IMG/VR virus record: IMGVR_UViG_3300027396_000022
Coordinates: 1 to 64,000 of that record
Direction: 5' to 3' (one strand)
DNA length: 64,000 bases
From: a virus
Both the position numbers and the translations under genes were made by a program. This document shows, in pieces, positions 38,818-48,463 of the stretch. Within the stretch, counting starts at the first letter, position 1; each line of letters begins with the position of its first letter. Under the pieces are notes generated by a model, which was not told the DNA's origin, did not search any database, and saw only the letters and a list, made by a program, of their open reading frames with translations.

Positions 38818-38961
38818 ATGATTCCAGGAAATATTAATTCTTTACTGCTTGCTGCCGATGCAGCGCCTACTGGTTATAGTATCTCACGTTCACTGCGGTT
38901 CAACAGTAGTGACAGTGACTTGTGGCAAAACCTTTGTAATACACAGGAGGCAGCAAAATGA
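38818..38961 (+). pseudogene. Truncated tail-fibre N-terminal stub (47 aa)
   Basis: MIPGNINSLLLAADAAPTGYSISRSLRFNSSDS-DLWQNLCNTQEAAK*; RBS ggag; N-terminus homologous to next gene. Confidence 0.7.
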
Positions 38962-40487
38962 CTATCCCAGGAAGCGCAATATCTCTTCTTCTTGCAGGCG
39001 CAGCTACCGACCCTAACCTTGTCGAGATCTACGCCTGGGGCGGTGGCGGTGGGAGCGGCTATGCAGGTGGATCAGGTGCTGGCGGAGGCGGTGGTGCGGT
39101 TTACGCAACTGCTGTAATAAGCCCATCTCAGGTTTACAACGTCATTGTCGGTGGCGGCGGTTTAACAATGGCACCCAATGCAGGCACGGGCGGCACCGTG
39201 TCCGGCGGCGGTGGATTAGCTGGCACAAGTGGCTATGGCGGCCAAGGCGGCGGATATTCAGGGATTTTTATTGGCGCTGCAGCAACCCAAAATGCCGCGC
39301 TTGTTATTGCCGGTGGTGGTGGTGGTGGCGCTTATGAAGGTGCTGCCGGTGGCGCTGGTGGTGGATCTACAGGTGCCGCAGGAGGCAGCGGAGCTGCTGC
39401 TGGTGGCGGAGGCGGAACGCAAAGTGCAGGTGGCACCTCTTCGCATTCGGGTGTTGGCACTGCGCTGAAAGGAGGCGATTGCGGAACATCGGGAGACGGT
39501 GGAGGCGGCGGCGGTGGAGGCGGCGGTTATTGGGGCGGCGGTGCTGGCTCTGGAGCAAACCCTGGCTCAGCCGGTGGTGGCGGTTCTGGGTATATCAACA
39601 CGCTGCAAACACTAACCGGCACGCTTTACGCAGGTTCTGGTGCTACTCCAGGAAATAGCGGCAGTTCTTTTAGAGGAAGCTATGGCAATGGCGGGGCCAG
39701 CGGCGCGAACAACGGCTTGCAAGGTGTTGTTATTATTCGCTATCAAGGCACACCGCGCTATACAGGCGGGACGATCACTCAATCTGGCGGGTACACAACA
39801 CATACATTTACAGCAAATGGCTATCTAAATCTGAATACGGTTCTTTTGATGCCATTCAAGACATCGGCAACTGCAGACCATTCCCCCATTCCAAAGACAG
39901 TCACCATGAACGGTACTGTCACGATTTCATCGACTCAGTCAAAGTATTATGGTGCTAGCGCCTATTTCTCCAATGGAAACTGGCTGTCTGTCGCCGCTTC
40001 AAACGATTTTCTTTTTGCAGCTAATGATTTTACGATGGAATTGTGGATTTACCCAACCACAAACGCTTATGATATCTTTGGTGCTCTGGGGGGAAAACTT
40101 GCGCTTGGCTTGATTATTGGCAATTCATATAACTTTTCCAGGGCCGATGGAACAATCACTTTTGCCGACGACGGCTCGGGCGGCATTGTTACTAATTACC
40201 CGAATCAAAACTCAGTGAGCGGGCCAATGGTGGTCAACCAATGGCAGCACCTTGCGTTTGTCCGCAGTGGCACGTCATTTTTGATATTTAGAGACGGTCA
40301 GCTTTTAAGCACCACAACTGTCAGCTCTTCCAATAATAACGTCGGCAGCAGTTCTCTCGCCATGGGAATTGGGCGTTTAACTGGATCAACCAATAGGCCA
40401 GTCACTGGATACATCCAAGATCTTGCTGTTTATAAGGGTTATGCAAAATACACCGGAACGTTTACGCCTCCAGGTCCCCTTACATAA
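38958..40487 (+). CDS. Receptor-binding/tail fibre protein, glycine-rich + LamG/ConA-like domain
   Basis: GGGGG repeats; FTMELWIYP...NQWQHLAFVRSG...GYIQD..VYKG.AKYT. Confidence 0.85.
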   Translation: MTIPGSAISLLLAGAATDPNLVEIYAWGGGGGSGYAGGSGAGGGGGAVYATAVISPSQVYNVIVGGGGLTMAPNAGTGGTVSGGGGLAGTSGYGGQGGGYSGIFIGAAATQNAALVIAGGGGGGAYEGAAGGAGGGSTGAAGGSGAAAGGGGGTQSAGGTSSHSGVGTALKGGDCGTSGDGGGGGGGGGGYWGGGAGSGANPGSAGGGGSGYINTLQTLTGTLYAGSGATPGNSGSSFRGSYGNGGASGANNGLQGVVIIRYQGTPRYTGGTITQSGGYTTHTFTANGYLNLNTVLLMPFKTSATADHSPIPKTVTMNGTVTISSTQSKYYGASAYFSNGNWLSVAASNDFLFAANDFTMELWIYPTTNAYDIFGALGGKLALGLIIGNSYNFSRADGTITFADDGSGGIVTNYPNQNSVSGPMVVNQWQHLAFVRSGTSFLIFRDGQLLSTTTVSSSNNNVGSSSLAMGIGRLTGSTNRPVTGYIQDLAVYKGYAKYTGTFTPPGPLT

Positions 40488-40500
40488 GGCATGTCAATTC

Positions 40501-40524
40501 TTCAATTACGCCCGCGCCCGCTGA
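40501..40524 (+). pseudogene. Orphan C-terminal remnant of another fibre gene (FNYARAR*)
   Basis: ttc aat tac gcc cgc gcc cgc tga; resembles a fibre C-terminus that I recall from related phages. Confidence 0.45.
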
Positions 40525-40542
40525 CCCCACTAGAGAACAAGG

Positions 40543-41397
40543 TTAAAGCGTCGGCATTTCATAGTCCTGCGTTGTATTGCAGTAGTGCTTCCAAATAACC
40601 TCAGCCGTATTGCCGGCCCACTTTGCGACTTGCGCCACGGGTATTCCTGCCTCAATCCACCGGCTGATTGCTGTGTGGCGCAGATCGTAAGGCCGGTAAC
40701 GGTGACTCGTTAATCCAGCAGTGTGCAATTCCTTGGCTCTGTCATAGAAAAAACTCTGGAACGCATACCTGTTGTACGGGAAAATATATTCATTGTCCTT
40801 GTCTACGGAATCAAGAATTTCTAAACACTTTTCGTTTAAAGGTACAACACGTTTCTTGTTTGTTTTTGTAGAAAACTTCAGGCCATGCGTAAGGGTGTAA
40901 TTGCAATGGATCAATAACTTCCCATCCTTTAGGTCAGTCCACTTGGCAGCGCGAACTTCACCTGTACGCATTGCTGTCTGGAGCATAAATTCAGAGTAAG
41001 CCGACCAACGTGCGCCACATTTTGTTTGGCGAGCTTCTAGAGCAGTGAGTAAAAGCGCTACTTCGCTGCGTGGAATTACGATGATTTCTTCATCCATCTG
41101 GGGCGCCTTAGGCATCCGAAAACTGGCAATCGGATTTTTAGGCAGGTAGGCAATGTCTTCGCTGCTGGCCCAGCGATAAAGGGCCTTGACATACATAGCC
41201 ACCCTGCGGCTGGACTTGACGGGCTGCTGGCTCAAAACCCATGTAAGAACCTGCCTGCCTTGCTCCAGTTCTGTAACCGGACAGCGACCGATCCACTTGT
41301 CGACTTGCCTGTAGTCCGCCATGAGACTGGTGGGACACAAGACAGCAGAACGCTCTGCGTGGAACTCGGCCCATGCGCTTTGGAGGGTGTGTGGCAC
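40543..41397 (-). CDS. Tyrosine recombinase/integrase
   Basis: TAMRTGE (R), KT.K.R.VPL, YDLRHT (Y in place of H in HxxR), AGN.......HY. Confidence 0.9.
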   Translation of the reverse strand: MPHTLQSAWAEFHAERSAVLCPTSLMADYRQVDKWIGRCPVTELEQGRQVLTWVLSQQPVKSSRRVAMYVKALYRWASSEDIAYLPKNPIASFRMPKAPQMDEEIIVIPRSEVALLLTALEARQTKCGARWSAYSEFMLQTAMRTGEVRAAKWTDLKDGKLLIHCNYTLTHGLKFSTKTNKKRVVPLNEKCLEILDSVDKDNEYIFPYNRYAFQSFFYDRAKELHTAGLTSHRYRPYDLRHTAISRWIEAGIPVAQVAKWAGNTAEVIWKHYCNTTQDYEMPTL

Positions 41398-41461
41398 AGT
41401 AGTCGCCTACAGGGCCGAGTAAAGTACCGCTATACGTGCCTCCTGTCTAGGTCCAGTACAG

Positions 41462-41971
41462 ATGTTCCTGTTAGACGGCAAGCCACTGAGCCCAGATGTG
41501 GCGTTCACCCACGACGGTGTTCAGTACCCCGCCAACTGGCTCCGGCTTGCTACTCCCGAGCAGCGTGCAGCGATCGGCATCACCGAGGTGCCCGATCCCG
41601 CTCCAGTCGATCAGCGCTTCTACTGGGATACAGGCATCCCCAAGGACCACACCCAACTGGTCGAGCAGTGGACGCAGCAGACCCGCACCACCGCCAACAC
41701 CCTGCTGGCACCAACGGATTGGATCATCATCCGCGAGGCTGACAACGGCAAACCTGCTGATCCCGTGCTACGCACCTGGCGCGAGGAAATCCGCCTTGCA
41801 TCAGGCAGCAAGGTCTACGAAATCAAGCAGACAGCTGACACCGCTGCACTAGCTGCTTACATTACCGGCGCCGACTACCCAGCTTGGCCCAGTGATCCCT
41901 ACGCTCCTGCTCAGCCTGCTCCTACTGATGGGGTGGAGTTTTCTGGCAATGGCGTCACTAGCGGATTCTGA
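41462..41971 (+). CDS. Tail fibre assembly/chaperone-like protein
   Basis: YPANWLRL, LLAPTDW.I.R..D, WR..IR. Confidence 0.75.
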   Translation: MFLLDGKPLSPDVAFTHDGVQYPANWLRLATPEQRAAIGITEVPDPAPVDQRFYWDTGIPKDHTQLVEQWTQQTRTTANTLLAPTDWIIIREADNGKPADPVLRTWREEIRLASGSKVYEIKQTADTAALAAYITGADYPAWPSDPYAPAQPAPTDGVEFSGNGVTSGF

Positions 41972-41973
41972 TC

Positions 41974-42111
41974 ATGGCGGTAAAAAGTAAAACAGCTCTT
42001 GGGCGCGTCGAGCACAAAGCCGGACGTCCAAAAACAACTTCACAAGGTTTTGGTCAGCACAGCCGTCCACGCCGTCGCGGCAAGAAAAAGCTGGTCGGCC
42101 AAGGGCGCTAA
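41974..42111 (+). CDS. 45-aa basic peptide (not in ORF track)
   Basis: MAVKSKTALGRVEHKAGRPKTTSQGFGQHSRPRRRGKKKLVGQGR. Confidence 0.6.
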   Translation: MAVKSKTALGRVEHKAGRPKTTSQGFGQHSRPRRRGKKKLVGQGR

Positions 42112-42142
42112 ATTAGTAAAAAGGTCGGCGGTATGCCTCGCA

Positions 42143-42394
42143 ATGGAACACCACGAGGAAGTACATTCCGCCGCACCACAACAACCTAGTCTGATCAATC
42201 AGGCTGTACCGGCATTGCTTGCTACGGCTGTGGTGGGCTTAGCCGGTCTTTTTATGCAAGTTGCCAAGCTGGATCAATCGGTAAACACGGTTGCCGCCGA
42301 TATTCAGGAGTTAAAAAACGACAGCAAGGAACGGCTATCGGACCTTGAAGGTAGGGTTAGGTACATTGAAATGTCGATTGGCAAGAGCAAATAA
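42143..42394 (+). CDS. Membrane-anchored coiled-coil protein (lysis module)
   Basis: One TM segment then coiled coil. Confidence 0.6.
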   Translation: MEHHEEVHSAAPQQPSLINQAVPALLATAVVGLAGLFMQVAKLDQSVNTVAADIQELKNDSKERLSDLEGRVRYIEMSIGKSK

Positions 42395-42426
42395 CAGCTT
42401 TACACTGAAGGAAACGCGATTCCGCC

Positions 42427-42564
42427 ATGGATCCGACCACTGCTGCTGTCATTGCCATCATCATCGCTGCTGGGTCTGAAATCATCAGCCTGCTGCCGAT
42501 CAAAGAGAACGGGTGGATTCAACTCATTCTTAAGGCGCTTAAGGTGCTATTCCCAAAGCGCTGA
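42427..42564 (+). CDS. 45-aa holin-like membrane protein (not in ORF track)
   Basis: MDPTTAAVIAIIIAAGSEIISLLPIKENGWIQLILKALKVLFPKR; upstream of endolysin. Confidence 0.65.
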   Translation: MDPTTAAVIAIIIAAGSEIISLLPIKENGWIQLILKALKVLFPKR

Positions 42565-42842
42565 AAGCTGACACGGTATGGCTGGCGCGATTTGGCCAGA
42601 AAACTTGGCGTGATCAACTGCGTAAGGCTGCGCAAGATTACAAGTTTGAAAAAACGCTGGGTCCACGGCTAGATCGCGCTGAGGCCGATTGGCATAAGGC
42701 ACAACCACAGGAACCGGCGCCTGTCATCGTGCATGAACTACCCGATCCTGAGCTACAGACTGGTGATAGCCGTTTGCTTGGCGGCGCCATGAGTATTCAC
42801 GCACCTTGGAGCGATGACGCAAAACGCAATCAGGCTGATTGA
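42552..42842 (+). CDS. -1 frameshift extension of holin-like protein
   Basis: C-CCA-AAG slippery site; 96-codon open -1 frame without an early start codon. Confidence 0.6.
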   Translation, partial: PKALKADTVWLARFGQKTWRDQLRKAAQDYKFEKTLGPRLDRAEADWHKAQPQEPAPVIVHELPDPELQTGDSRLLGGAMSIHAPWSDDAKRNQAD

Positions 42843-43863
42843 TCTGTTTCGGTATTACAAGGCATTACCGCATCAGATGGCTGCAATTACGGAATTGGAA
42901 TCCGTGATTTCAAAGGCGAATCCGCATATCTTTAGCCGTGATCAGAGCTGGTTCAAAACGTGGAGTCAAAGCGGAAAACAGGAAGACAATGATCTACAGC
43001 CAGCACTGGAGCTGATTAAGAAATTTGAAGGTTCCAGGCTTGAGGCGTATTTATGTCCGGCGAATGTCTGGACAATCGGTTATGGCCACACTGGCCCGAA
43101 CGTAAAGCCTGGGCTGAAGATCACGCAGGCAGATGCAGAGGCGTTATTGCTGTCTGATGTTGAGCGCTTTGCGCGTGCTGTTGATACGTGGATCAAGGTA
43201 AAACTGAGCAATAATCAACGTTGCGCCCTGATTAGTTTTACGTTCAATGTGGGCATTGGTGCGCTGCAGGAAAGCACACTGCGTAAGCGTTTGAACAACG
43301 GCGAGGATGCCGTCAAGGTGGCAATGGAAGAGCTGCCACGGTGGAACAAAGGTGACAGCAAGATCCTTGAGGGTTTGGTGCGGCGTCGCAAGGCAGAGGT
43401 TGATTTGTTTTGCCGTGGCGTGAAGCCTTTGACTGATGATGTGAAGTTAACGCCCAATAAGCCGTTTAGCTTTAAGGTGACGCCACACATTGCCTATGGC
43501 GAGCTGGCATTAAATGAAGAGGCCAGACGTTTTACTAAGCAACATCAGTGCGATACGGCGATTGTTCTGTGTAATTTTCTTGAAAAGGCTCGCGTTGCGT
43601 TTGGCAATAAACCCATTGTGATTACCAGTGGATATAGACCGCCGAAGGTAAATGCATCTGTAGGCGGTGCATCTAGATCGGAACATCTTTACGATGCGCC
43701 TGATACTGGAGCTGTTGATTTTTACATTGAAGGCGTCAATATTTACGATCTTCAGGAATGGTGCAAGGCTCACTGGCCGTTCAGCTTGGGGCTAGGTGCG
43801 CCAAAAGGTTTCGTCCACTGTGGAATCCGCCCCGGTCGGCCTAAAGTCGTTTGGATTTATTGA
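42814..43863 (+). CDS. Endolysin: GH24 lysozyme + peptidase M15A
   Basis: IKKFEG...AYLCPA.VWTIGYGHT, GL.RRR..E; ITSGYR...N..VGGA..S.H...A.D, FVH. Confidence 0.9.
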   Translation: MTQNAIRLIDLFRYYKALPHQMAAITELESVISKANPHIFSRDQSWFKTWSQSGKQEDNDLQPALELIKKFEGSRLEAYLCPANVWTIGYGHTGPNVKPGLKITQADAEALLLSDVERFARAVDTWIKVKLSNNQRCALISFTFNVGIGALQESTLRKRLNNGEDAVKVAMEELPRWNKGDSKILEGLVRRRKAEVDLFCRGVKPLTDDVKLTPNKPFSFKVTPHIAYGELALNEEARRFTKQHQCDTAIVLCNFLEKARVAFGNKPIVITSGYRPPKVNASVGGASRSEHLYDAPDTGAVDFYIEGVNIYDLQEWCKAHWPFSLGLGAPKGFVHCGIRPGRPKVVWIY

Positions 43864-43869
43864 TGCCTC

Positions 43870-44421
43870 GTGCTGCTGCCTGATTCTGAGATCCGTGCCC
43901 TGTGCCAATCTCACGCTCTGATTCATCCGTTCAATCCTGATCGCCTAAATCCTGCCAGCTATGACGTGGCGCTAGGGGACAACATCATGATTGAGGTGGC
44001 CGAAACCCCCGAGCTGATCAGGCACAGCATTAAGACGCACACCAAGGAGGATCCGTACTGGCTGCAGCCTGGTGAATTCATCCTTGCCGAAACACAGGAG
44101 ATTTTCAACCTGCCTGATAGCCCGGCGATTGCCGCTCAGTTTGTACTGAAATCAAGTCGTGCGCGCTCTGGTATTCAGCATATGTTGGCCGGATTTTGTG
44201 ATCCTGGCTGGCATGGCAGCAGGCTGACACTGGAATTAAAGAATGTGCGGCGAAAGCATCGTGTTGGTGTTTGGCCGGGTTTGCTAATTGGTCAGATGGT
44301 CTTTATGCCACTCAGCGATGACCCTGAAAAGTCTTACGCTGAGGTTGGGCACTACAACCGACACGAAACCGTAATGCCATCTTGGGAAACATTTAAGACT
44401 TTCCCGAGCGTTAATGCTTAG
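43870..44421 (+). CDS. dcd: dCTP deaminase
   Basis: LNPASYD, KSSRAR.G, AGF.DPGW.G..LTLEL. Confidence 0.9.
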   Translation: MLLPDSEIRALCQSHALIHPFNPDRLNPASYDVALGDNIMIEVAETPELIRHSIKTHTKEDPYWLQPGEFILAETQEIFNLPDSPAIAAQFVLKSSRARSGIQHMLAGFCDPGWHGSRLTLELKNVRRKHRVGVWPGLLIGQMVFMPLSDDPEKSYAEVGHYNRHETVMPSWETFKTFPSVNA

Positions 44422-44446
44422 CCTGTAAAAGGAGAGATGGGGATCA

Positions 44447-44478
44447 CCGCTCAGTGCCAAGGCTGGGCGGTTTTTTAT
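44447..44478 (+). terminator. Intrinsic terminator
   Basis: accgctcag-tgccaagg-ctgggcggt followed by a T-run. Confidence 0.7.
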
Positions 44479-44481
44479 TGC

Positions 44482-44652
44482 CTAATGATCTGGCCCTTGT
44501 TGACGCCTTAGAAAGCAAGGCACATCAGGATCCTGCAGCATATGCAGGCTGAACTCATCGGCATAACGATCAGCGCACCATTTCTGAGCGCCGCCTACGG
44601 TGCGGAATGGTCCGACTCGTGTTCCGTCAGGAAGCTTGACGTAATAAGTCAT
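44482..44652 (-). CDS. 56-aa hypothetical protein
   Basis: MTYYVKLPDGTRVGPFRT... Confidence 0.5.
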   Translation of the reverse strand: MTYYVKLPDGTRVGPFRTVGGAQKWCADRYADEFSLHMLQDPDVPCFLRRQQGPDH

Positions 44653-44696
44653 TTTCGTTGTAGTAGCTACCGTTTAGAGAACCAAGCGGTCGCCTG

Positions 44697-45008
44697 GTGG
44701 TTGAACACATTGACGGTACAGAGCTTGTACGCAAGCACGAAGCAAAACGCCGTTTCCGTGATCAGATCCTGTTGCATTTCAATTATCACTGCGCTTATTG
44801 CTTTGAGCCGTTAGGGCGTTCCCCAACACTTGATCATGTAATCCCAAAAATCAAGGGCGGCACCAGTGCAATGAATAATTTGGTTGCCTGTTGTTTTGGG
44901 TGCAATATGTCAAAAGGACATAAGGACTGGCGAGTTTGGTACAGAAATCTGCCGTTTTGGTCGGAGATTGGGGAGGCAAGAATTATGGATTGGATTAACA
45001 GGGATTAA
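44697..45008 (+). CDS. HNH endonuclease
   Basis: CAYC...TLDHVIPK.KGG....NLV.CC..CN.SKG. Confidence 0.9.
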   Translation: MVEHIDGTELVRKHEAKRRFRDQILLHFNYHCAYCFEPLGRSPTLDHVIPKIKGGTSAMNNLVACCFGCNMSKGHKDWRVWYRNLPFWSEIGEARIMDWINRD

Positions 45009-47300
45009 GGGCAAGTCATCTGATGAAGATAAATTTCAGCTTGCCAGAGATCAGAGGTATAACGACAAACTCCTTTGTAACAAGTGCGGTAATACATTTC
45101 TCCACCTTCCGCAGGTTCTAGAACTTCGATGTAACTACCGTCTTCAAAATCAGTCCGGCTCAAAATTGTCGGTTCCATCGTTGTACAGGCTGCATTGATT
45201 AGCAAAACGACCGTTCGGGAAGCTCTTGGCCTCAGGAAAACCAAGCGAGCAGCCGTTTCCTCCATTGTGGGTCAGGGTTGGTGCCCATTGAATGCAATCC
45301 CAGCAACGAAGGCCTGTAGGTTCAGGATCTTCTAATGGTTCAAGCTTTTCACCGGCTCTGAAGGCTTGATAAATGTTGTTGGCCCGCACAAAGGCAAGCC
45401 GTAATTCTTTGGTGTGAAGATCCACCTCTACCTGTTGCTCTGGCCGTGGGCCAAGGCGTATACGACAGCGCCAGTTCTCAAACAGCTTGTGCCGTTCAAG
45501 GATCAGTCTGTTATTGAAGAGGTGGATCACGATCAGTCTTCCTCGCCGTAGGAAGGCATATGGAAGAGGCGTTCAAGGTTGAAATGATCCGGTGGCATTT
45601 CATCTGGCGCCTGGCCTTCACGGAACGGATCGTTTAGATCACGCACGATGTAGGTAACAGGTGTGTGGCGCAGACGGATTTGAATGGTTCCGACCCGAGG
45701 GCTTTTGGCCAGCACTCTGAAACACCAGTTTTCAAAGCGATTAAGGAAAGGAACTTTGATGGCCATGTTCAGGGTTTTGGCGGAACCAAATACGTTGTTA
45801 GAAGGGTGATAGCAACATCAGCGTACCGATTAGCCAGCTCGCTGTCAGTACCACCAACAGCACGGATGAGATCAGAACGGAAAACGTTGTAATCAAGGTC
45901 ACGTAGGTTGCTGGCGACTTCACGAGAAAATTCATCCCAAAGGCCGGTGTAAAGCTGATCGTTGCGGCCTTTGCGTTGGTAAATCATGTCCATGAAATCA
46001 GCACGGCGTTGGTCAAGTTCAATGGCGGTCAGCATAGTTTTTAGCGATTGCAAGGGCTTGGGAACGGGTATCGCAGAGCGGGCCGTACCAGACTGAATTG
46101 CCATCCCAGCACCAAGGCTGAAAGGCAGACATGACACCGTAACCAACCCAATCAGCTCCATAGCAGTGATGCCGTGGACTGTCATATCGGTTGGCTTCCG
46201 CTTTGATCGGTGCCATTGGCTATTGGGCAGTTTGCCGTTTGATAGCGAATAAACGGCTGAAGCGCAGCGTACATACGAACACAGTCGTCAATCGTGTGAT
46301 TGTTGAACCGTGGCGCCCAGTATTCAGCAAGGCATTCAATCAGTACAGCTTGGATTTCGCTGGTAGAGGTGACAGGCTGCTGCGAAGGATGGTTCATCTA
46401 TGGCCTCGGGGAAGCCGTAGGAACATTCACCGTGACGAAATTCCGCACAGTTTGTACAGAGTTTGGCGCGGGCGACGTAATCACGGCGGACTGATTCTTT
46501 GACGCGGACTGGAATACGTGGAATTTTAGGGGCAATGTCTGTCCATGATTTTCCGTTGCGTATTAAGGAAATCGCCTGCCGAGTTACATCTAATTGATCA
46601 GCCAGCTCTTGATTGGTTTGAGTTGACTGCAGGATGTAAATGATCTTGGCAGGCGTGAGCTTTGTTTTATTGGTACGCGCCATTGAGTGTGGGTAGTTTT
46701 ACCTCACTGTGCTTGTCGGGTGTGATCCAGCGAAGGTCGTTATAGACCGGTCCCCATGTTTCAAAGGCGAGTTGTTTGGCTTCAGGAAAGCCACAGGCCA
46801 CCACCCAGTCGTAGACGTTGATGGATGGAATGGTGAAATAAAAACGACGTGGTTGTGGTTGCATGATCAGCGGGTTTCGATGGGTCGTTTGGAGAGGTAA
46901 AGCTGTGAGACTTGATAAGTTGCGCCTGTGGCAAAGCTTTGAACGAGGTAAGTGGGCCATGAGCAGCCTTCTACCTTGCTGATGACTGTTGCTTCAACCT
47001 GAGGCCAGCCACGGACATAGCAAGGCATTCCGGGATAGAAACGCCACAGGTCACGCTCAACTCTGACGCCGCGTGCATTGGGCGACATTTTGTAGACCTT
47101 TTGACCGGTTGGGATGACAGGTGCCACCATGCCGGAGCACTGAGCAGTGAGAACAACGAGGCTCATTTTGTGGTGGTGTAGACGGCGTGTTGAGTACCGC
47201 TGTGGTGAGCGGTTTTAAGAGTTAGGCCATCGTGAATGATGGCGCCGAAGATAAGGCCAGGGATCAGGATTTGCAGGATCCCGCAGAGGCAATTTTTCAT
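45005..47300 (-). other. Cluster of about ten small leftward hypothetical ORFs (e.g. 45005-45178, 45150-45530, 45533-45766, 45769-46035, 46182-46397, 46867-47166)
   Basis: Tightly overlapping ORFs downstream of the leftward promoter at ~47370. Confidence 0.65.
46336..46683 (-). CDS. HTH + Cys-rich protein
   Basis: ELADQLDVTRQAISLIRNGKSW; C..C......C..GFPEA shared with 45150..45530. Confidence 0.7.
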   Translation of the reverse strand: MARTNKTKLTPAKIIYILQSTQTNQELADQLDVTRQAISLIRNGKSWTDIAPKIPRIPVRVKESVRRDYVARAKLCTNCAEFRHGECSYGFPEAIDEPSFAAACHLYQRNPSCTD

Positions 47301-47367
47301 GGTGTGGTGTGGGTTGTCGGTTGGCCGGATCGCTCCGGTTGGGTGAATGGTAGCGACTATTCGGGCG

Positions 47368-47397
47368 GAGTAAACCCCTAAATTCATGGTGTTGCAA
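47368..47397 (-). promoter_or_regulatory. Leftward sigma70-like promoter
   Basis: TTGCAA-17-TTTACT within motif TTTAGGGGTTTACTC. Confidence 0.55.
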
Positions 47398-47447
47398 TTC
47401 GTTACCTTGCCCCGTGTCTACCGTGAATGTGATATGCACTTCAAACC

Positions 47448-47675
47448 ATGGACAACGAAGCCTGGCGGTGGATGCAACTCAAGCCAGATGCCACTAGCGC
47501 CTTTCAAGTCGAAAAAGAAGCCCGGCGCCTAGAGAACACCCCAAACGCCGGGCCTATTGCTGCTCAGTTGTATCGCGCTTGGTCTATGCAGCAGACCTTG
47601 CTACAGCAGGCCACCAACCGTATTGCAGCTTTAGAGCTGCAGTTGATGAAGACAGGCAATCAGGCAGACACCTGA
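47448..47675 (+). CDS. Hypothetical protein
   Basis: Ends LLQQAT.RIA.LE. Confidence 0.65.
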   Translation: MDNEAWRWMQLKPDATSAFQVEKEARRLENTPNAGPIAAQLYRAWSMQQTLLQQATNRIAALELQLMKTGNQADT

Positions 47676-48007
47676 ACATCCTTCCACGTCTTGCCGTATT
47701 TGATCAGGTTGACTGTGGTGACATGTACGCCGTAATCGTTGGCGATCTTTTGCGCTGATTCATTGCCAGCAGCAAGACGGCGTTTGATTTCAGCCACCTT
47801 GTCAGGATTTAGGGCTCCGCGCTTGCGCTTGGCCTTACGACGCTTGCTAGTCAGGGCGGTTGGCTGATCGTGCTCGGTTACAGCTTTGGGCTGTGCGGCG
47901 CCGCCAGCTTTGATGACCTGCGCTGATTCGATCAACCGTTGGATCTGGCCAATGCGGTTGTTCAGTTCGACGACTTGAGAATCGGTAAGGATGATCATGG
48001 AATCCAT
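47660..48007 (-). CDS. HTH DNA-binding protein
   Basis: KIANDYGVHVTTVNLIKYGKTW. Confidence 0.75.
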   Translation of the reverse strand: MDSMIILTDSQVVELNNRIGQIQRLIESAQVIKAGGAAQPKAVTEHDQPTALTSKRRKAKRKRGALNPDKVAEIKRRLAAGNESAQKIANDYGVHVTTVNLIKYGKTWKDVQVSA

Positions 48008-48288
48008 CAGAAGAGATCGGTTTGGGCTTTGGGACGATATTCGCTGATTGCCATTTTTAGGTATTCACGACCGGATTGTTCGGCTGTGCGAGGCATCAGG
48101 CTGGCGCGAATTTTTACACACGATTCGCCGCGTTGGTTTTGCACTGGATTTTGCTTGAGTGCCCAGTTGTAAAGCTTCTCAAGTTGATCCACTGGGATTT
48201 CAGCGATTGACCAGTAATTACCTGGCTTATCTTCGCTGGGCATACAGTTGAACCACAGTGTGAATTCGTTTTGCGGGTAATCAGCCAT
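48007..48288 (-). CDS. Putative ssDNA-binding-like protein
   Basis: Downstream of SSAP; ends DLF. Confidence 0.45.
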   Translation of the reverse strand: MADYPQNEFTLWFNCMPSEDKPGNYWSIAEIPVDQLEKLYNWALKQNPVQNQRGESCVKIRASLMPRTAEQSGREYLKMAISEYRPKAQTDLF

Positions 48289-48463
48289 TGTTTGTAAGGA
48301 AGCTTGAGATGATGTGACGCAAGGCTTGATTGATGTTCTGACCTGATTTGGCGCAGTACACCTTCAGTTGCCGGTAGGTATCAGGCGGAAGTTTGGCCGC
48401 AACGATGGTGCGGTTTTTTCTCCGATTGATTTCCTCTTGTGTTTTGGGCCGTCGCCCTGTCAT
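48281..48463 (-). CDS. Ribbon-helix-helix-like protein
   Basis: VAAKLP...Y..LK.YC......INQALR. Confidence 0.55.
   Translation of the reverse strand: MTGRRPKTQEEINRRKNRTIVAAKLPPDTYRQLKVYCAKSGQNINQALRHIISSFLTNNG

Larger units (their letters stand above)
1..38961. mobile_element. Phage A: cyanophage-like siphovirus genome segment
   Basis: Contiguous RNR, TerL, portal, capsid, tail tube, tape measure and tail tip genes; no host housekeeping genes. Confidence 0.9.

Noticed and set aside
39040-39720. GGC/GGT repeats resembling a tandem array
   Set aside because: Simply encode the glycine-rich fibre domain; no repeat-spacer structure
38890-41460. Gin/Cin-style invertible fibre segment
   Set aside because: No inverted copy of the site and no reverse-strand alternative fibre ORF found
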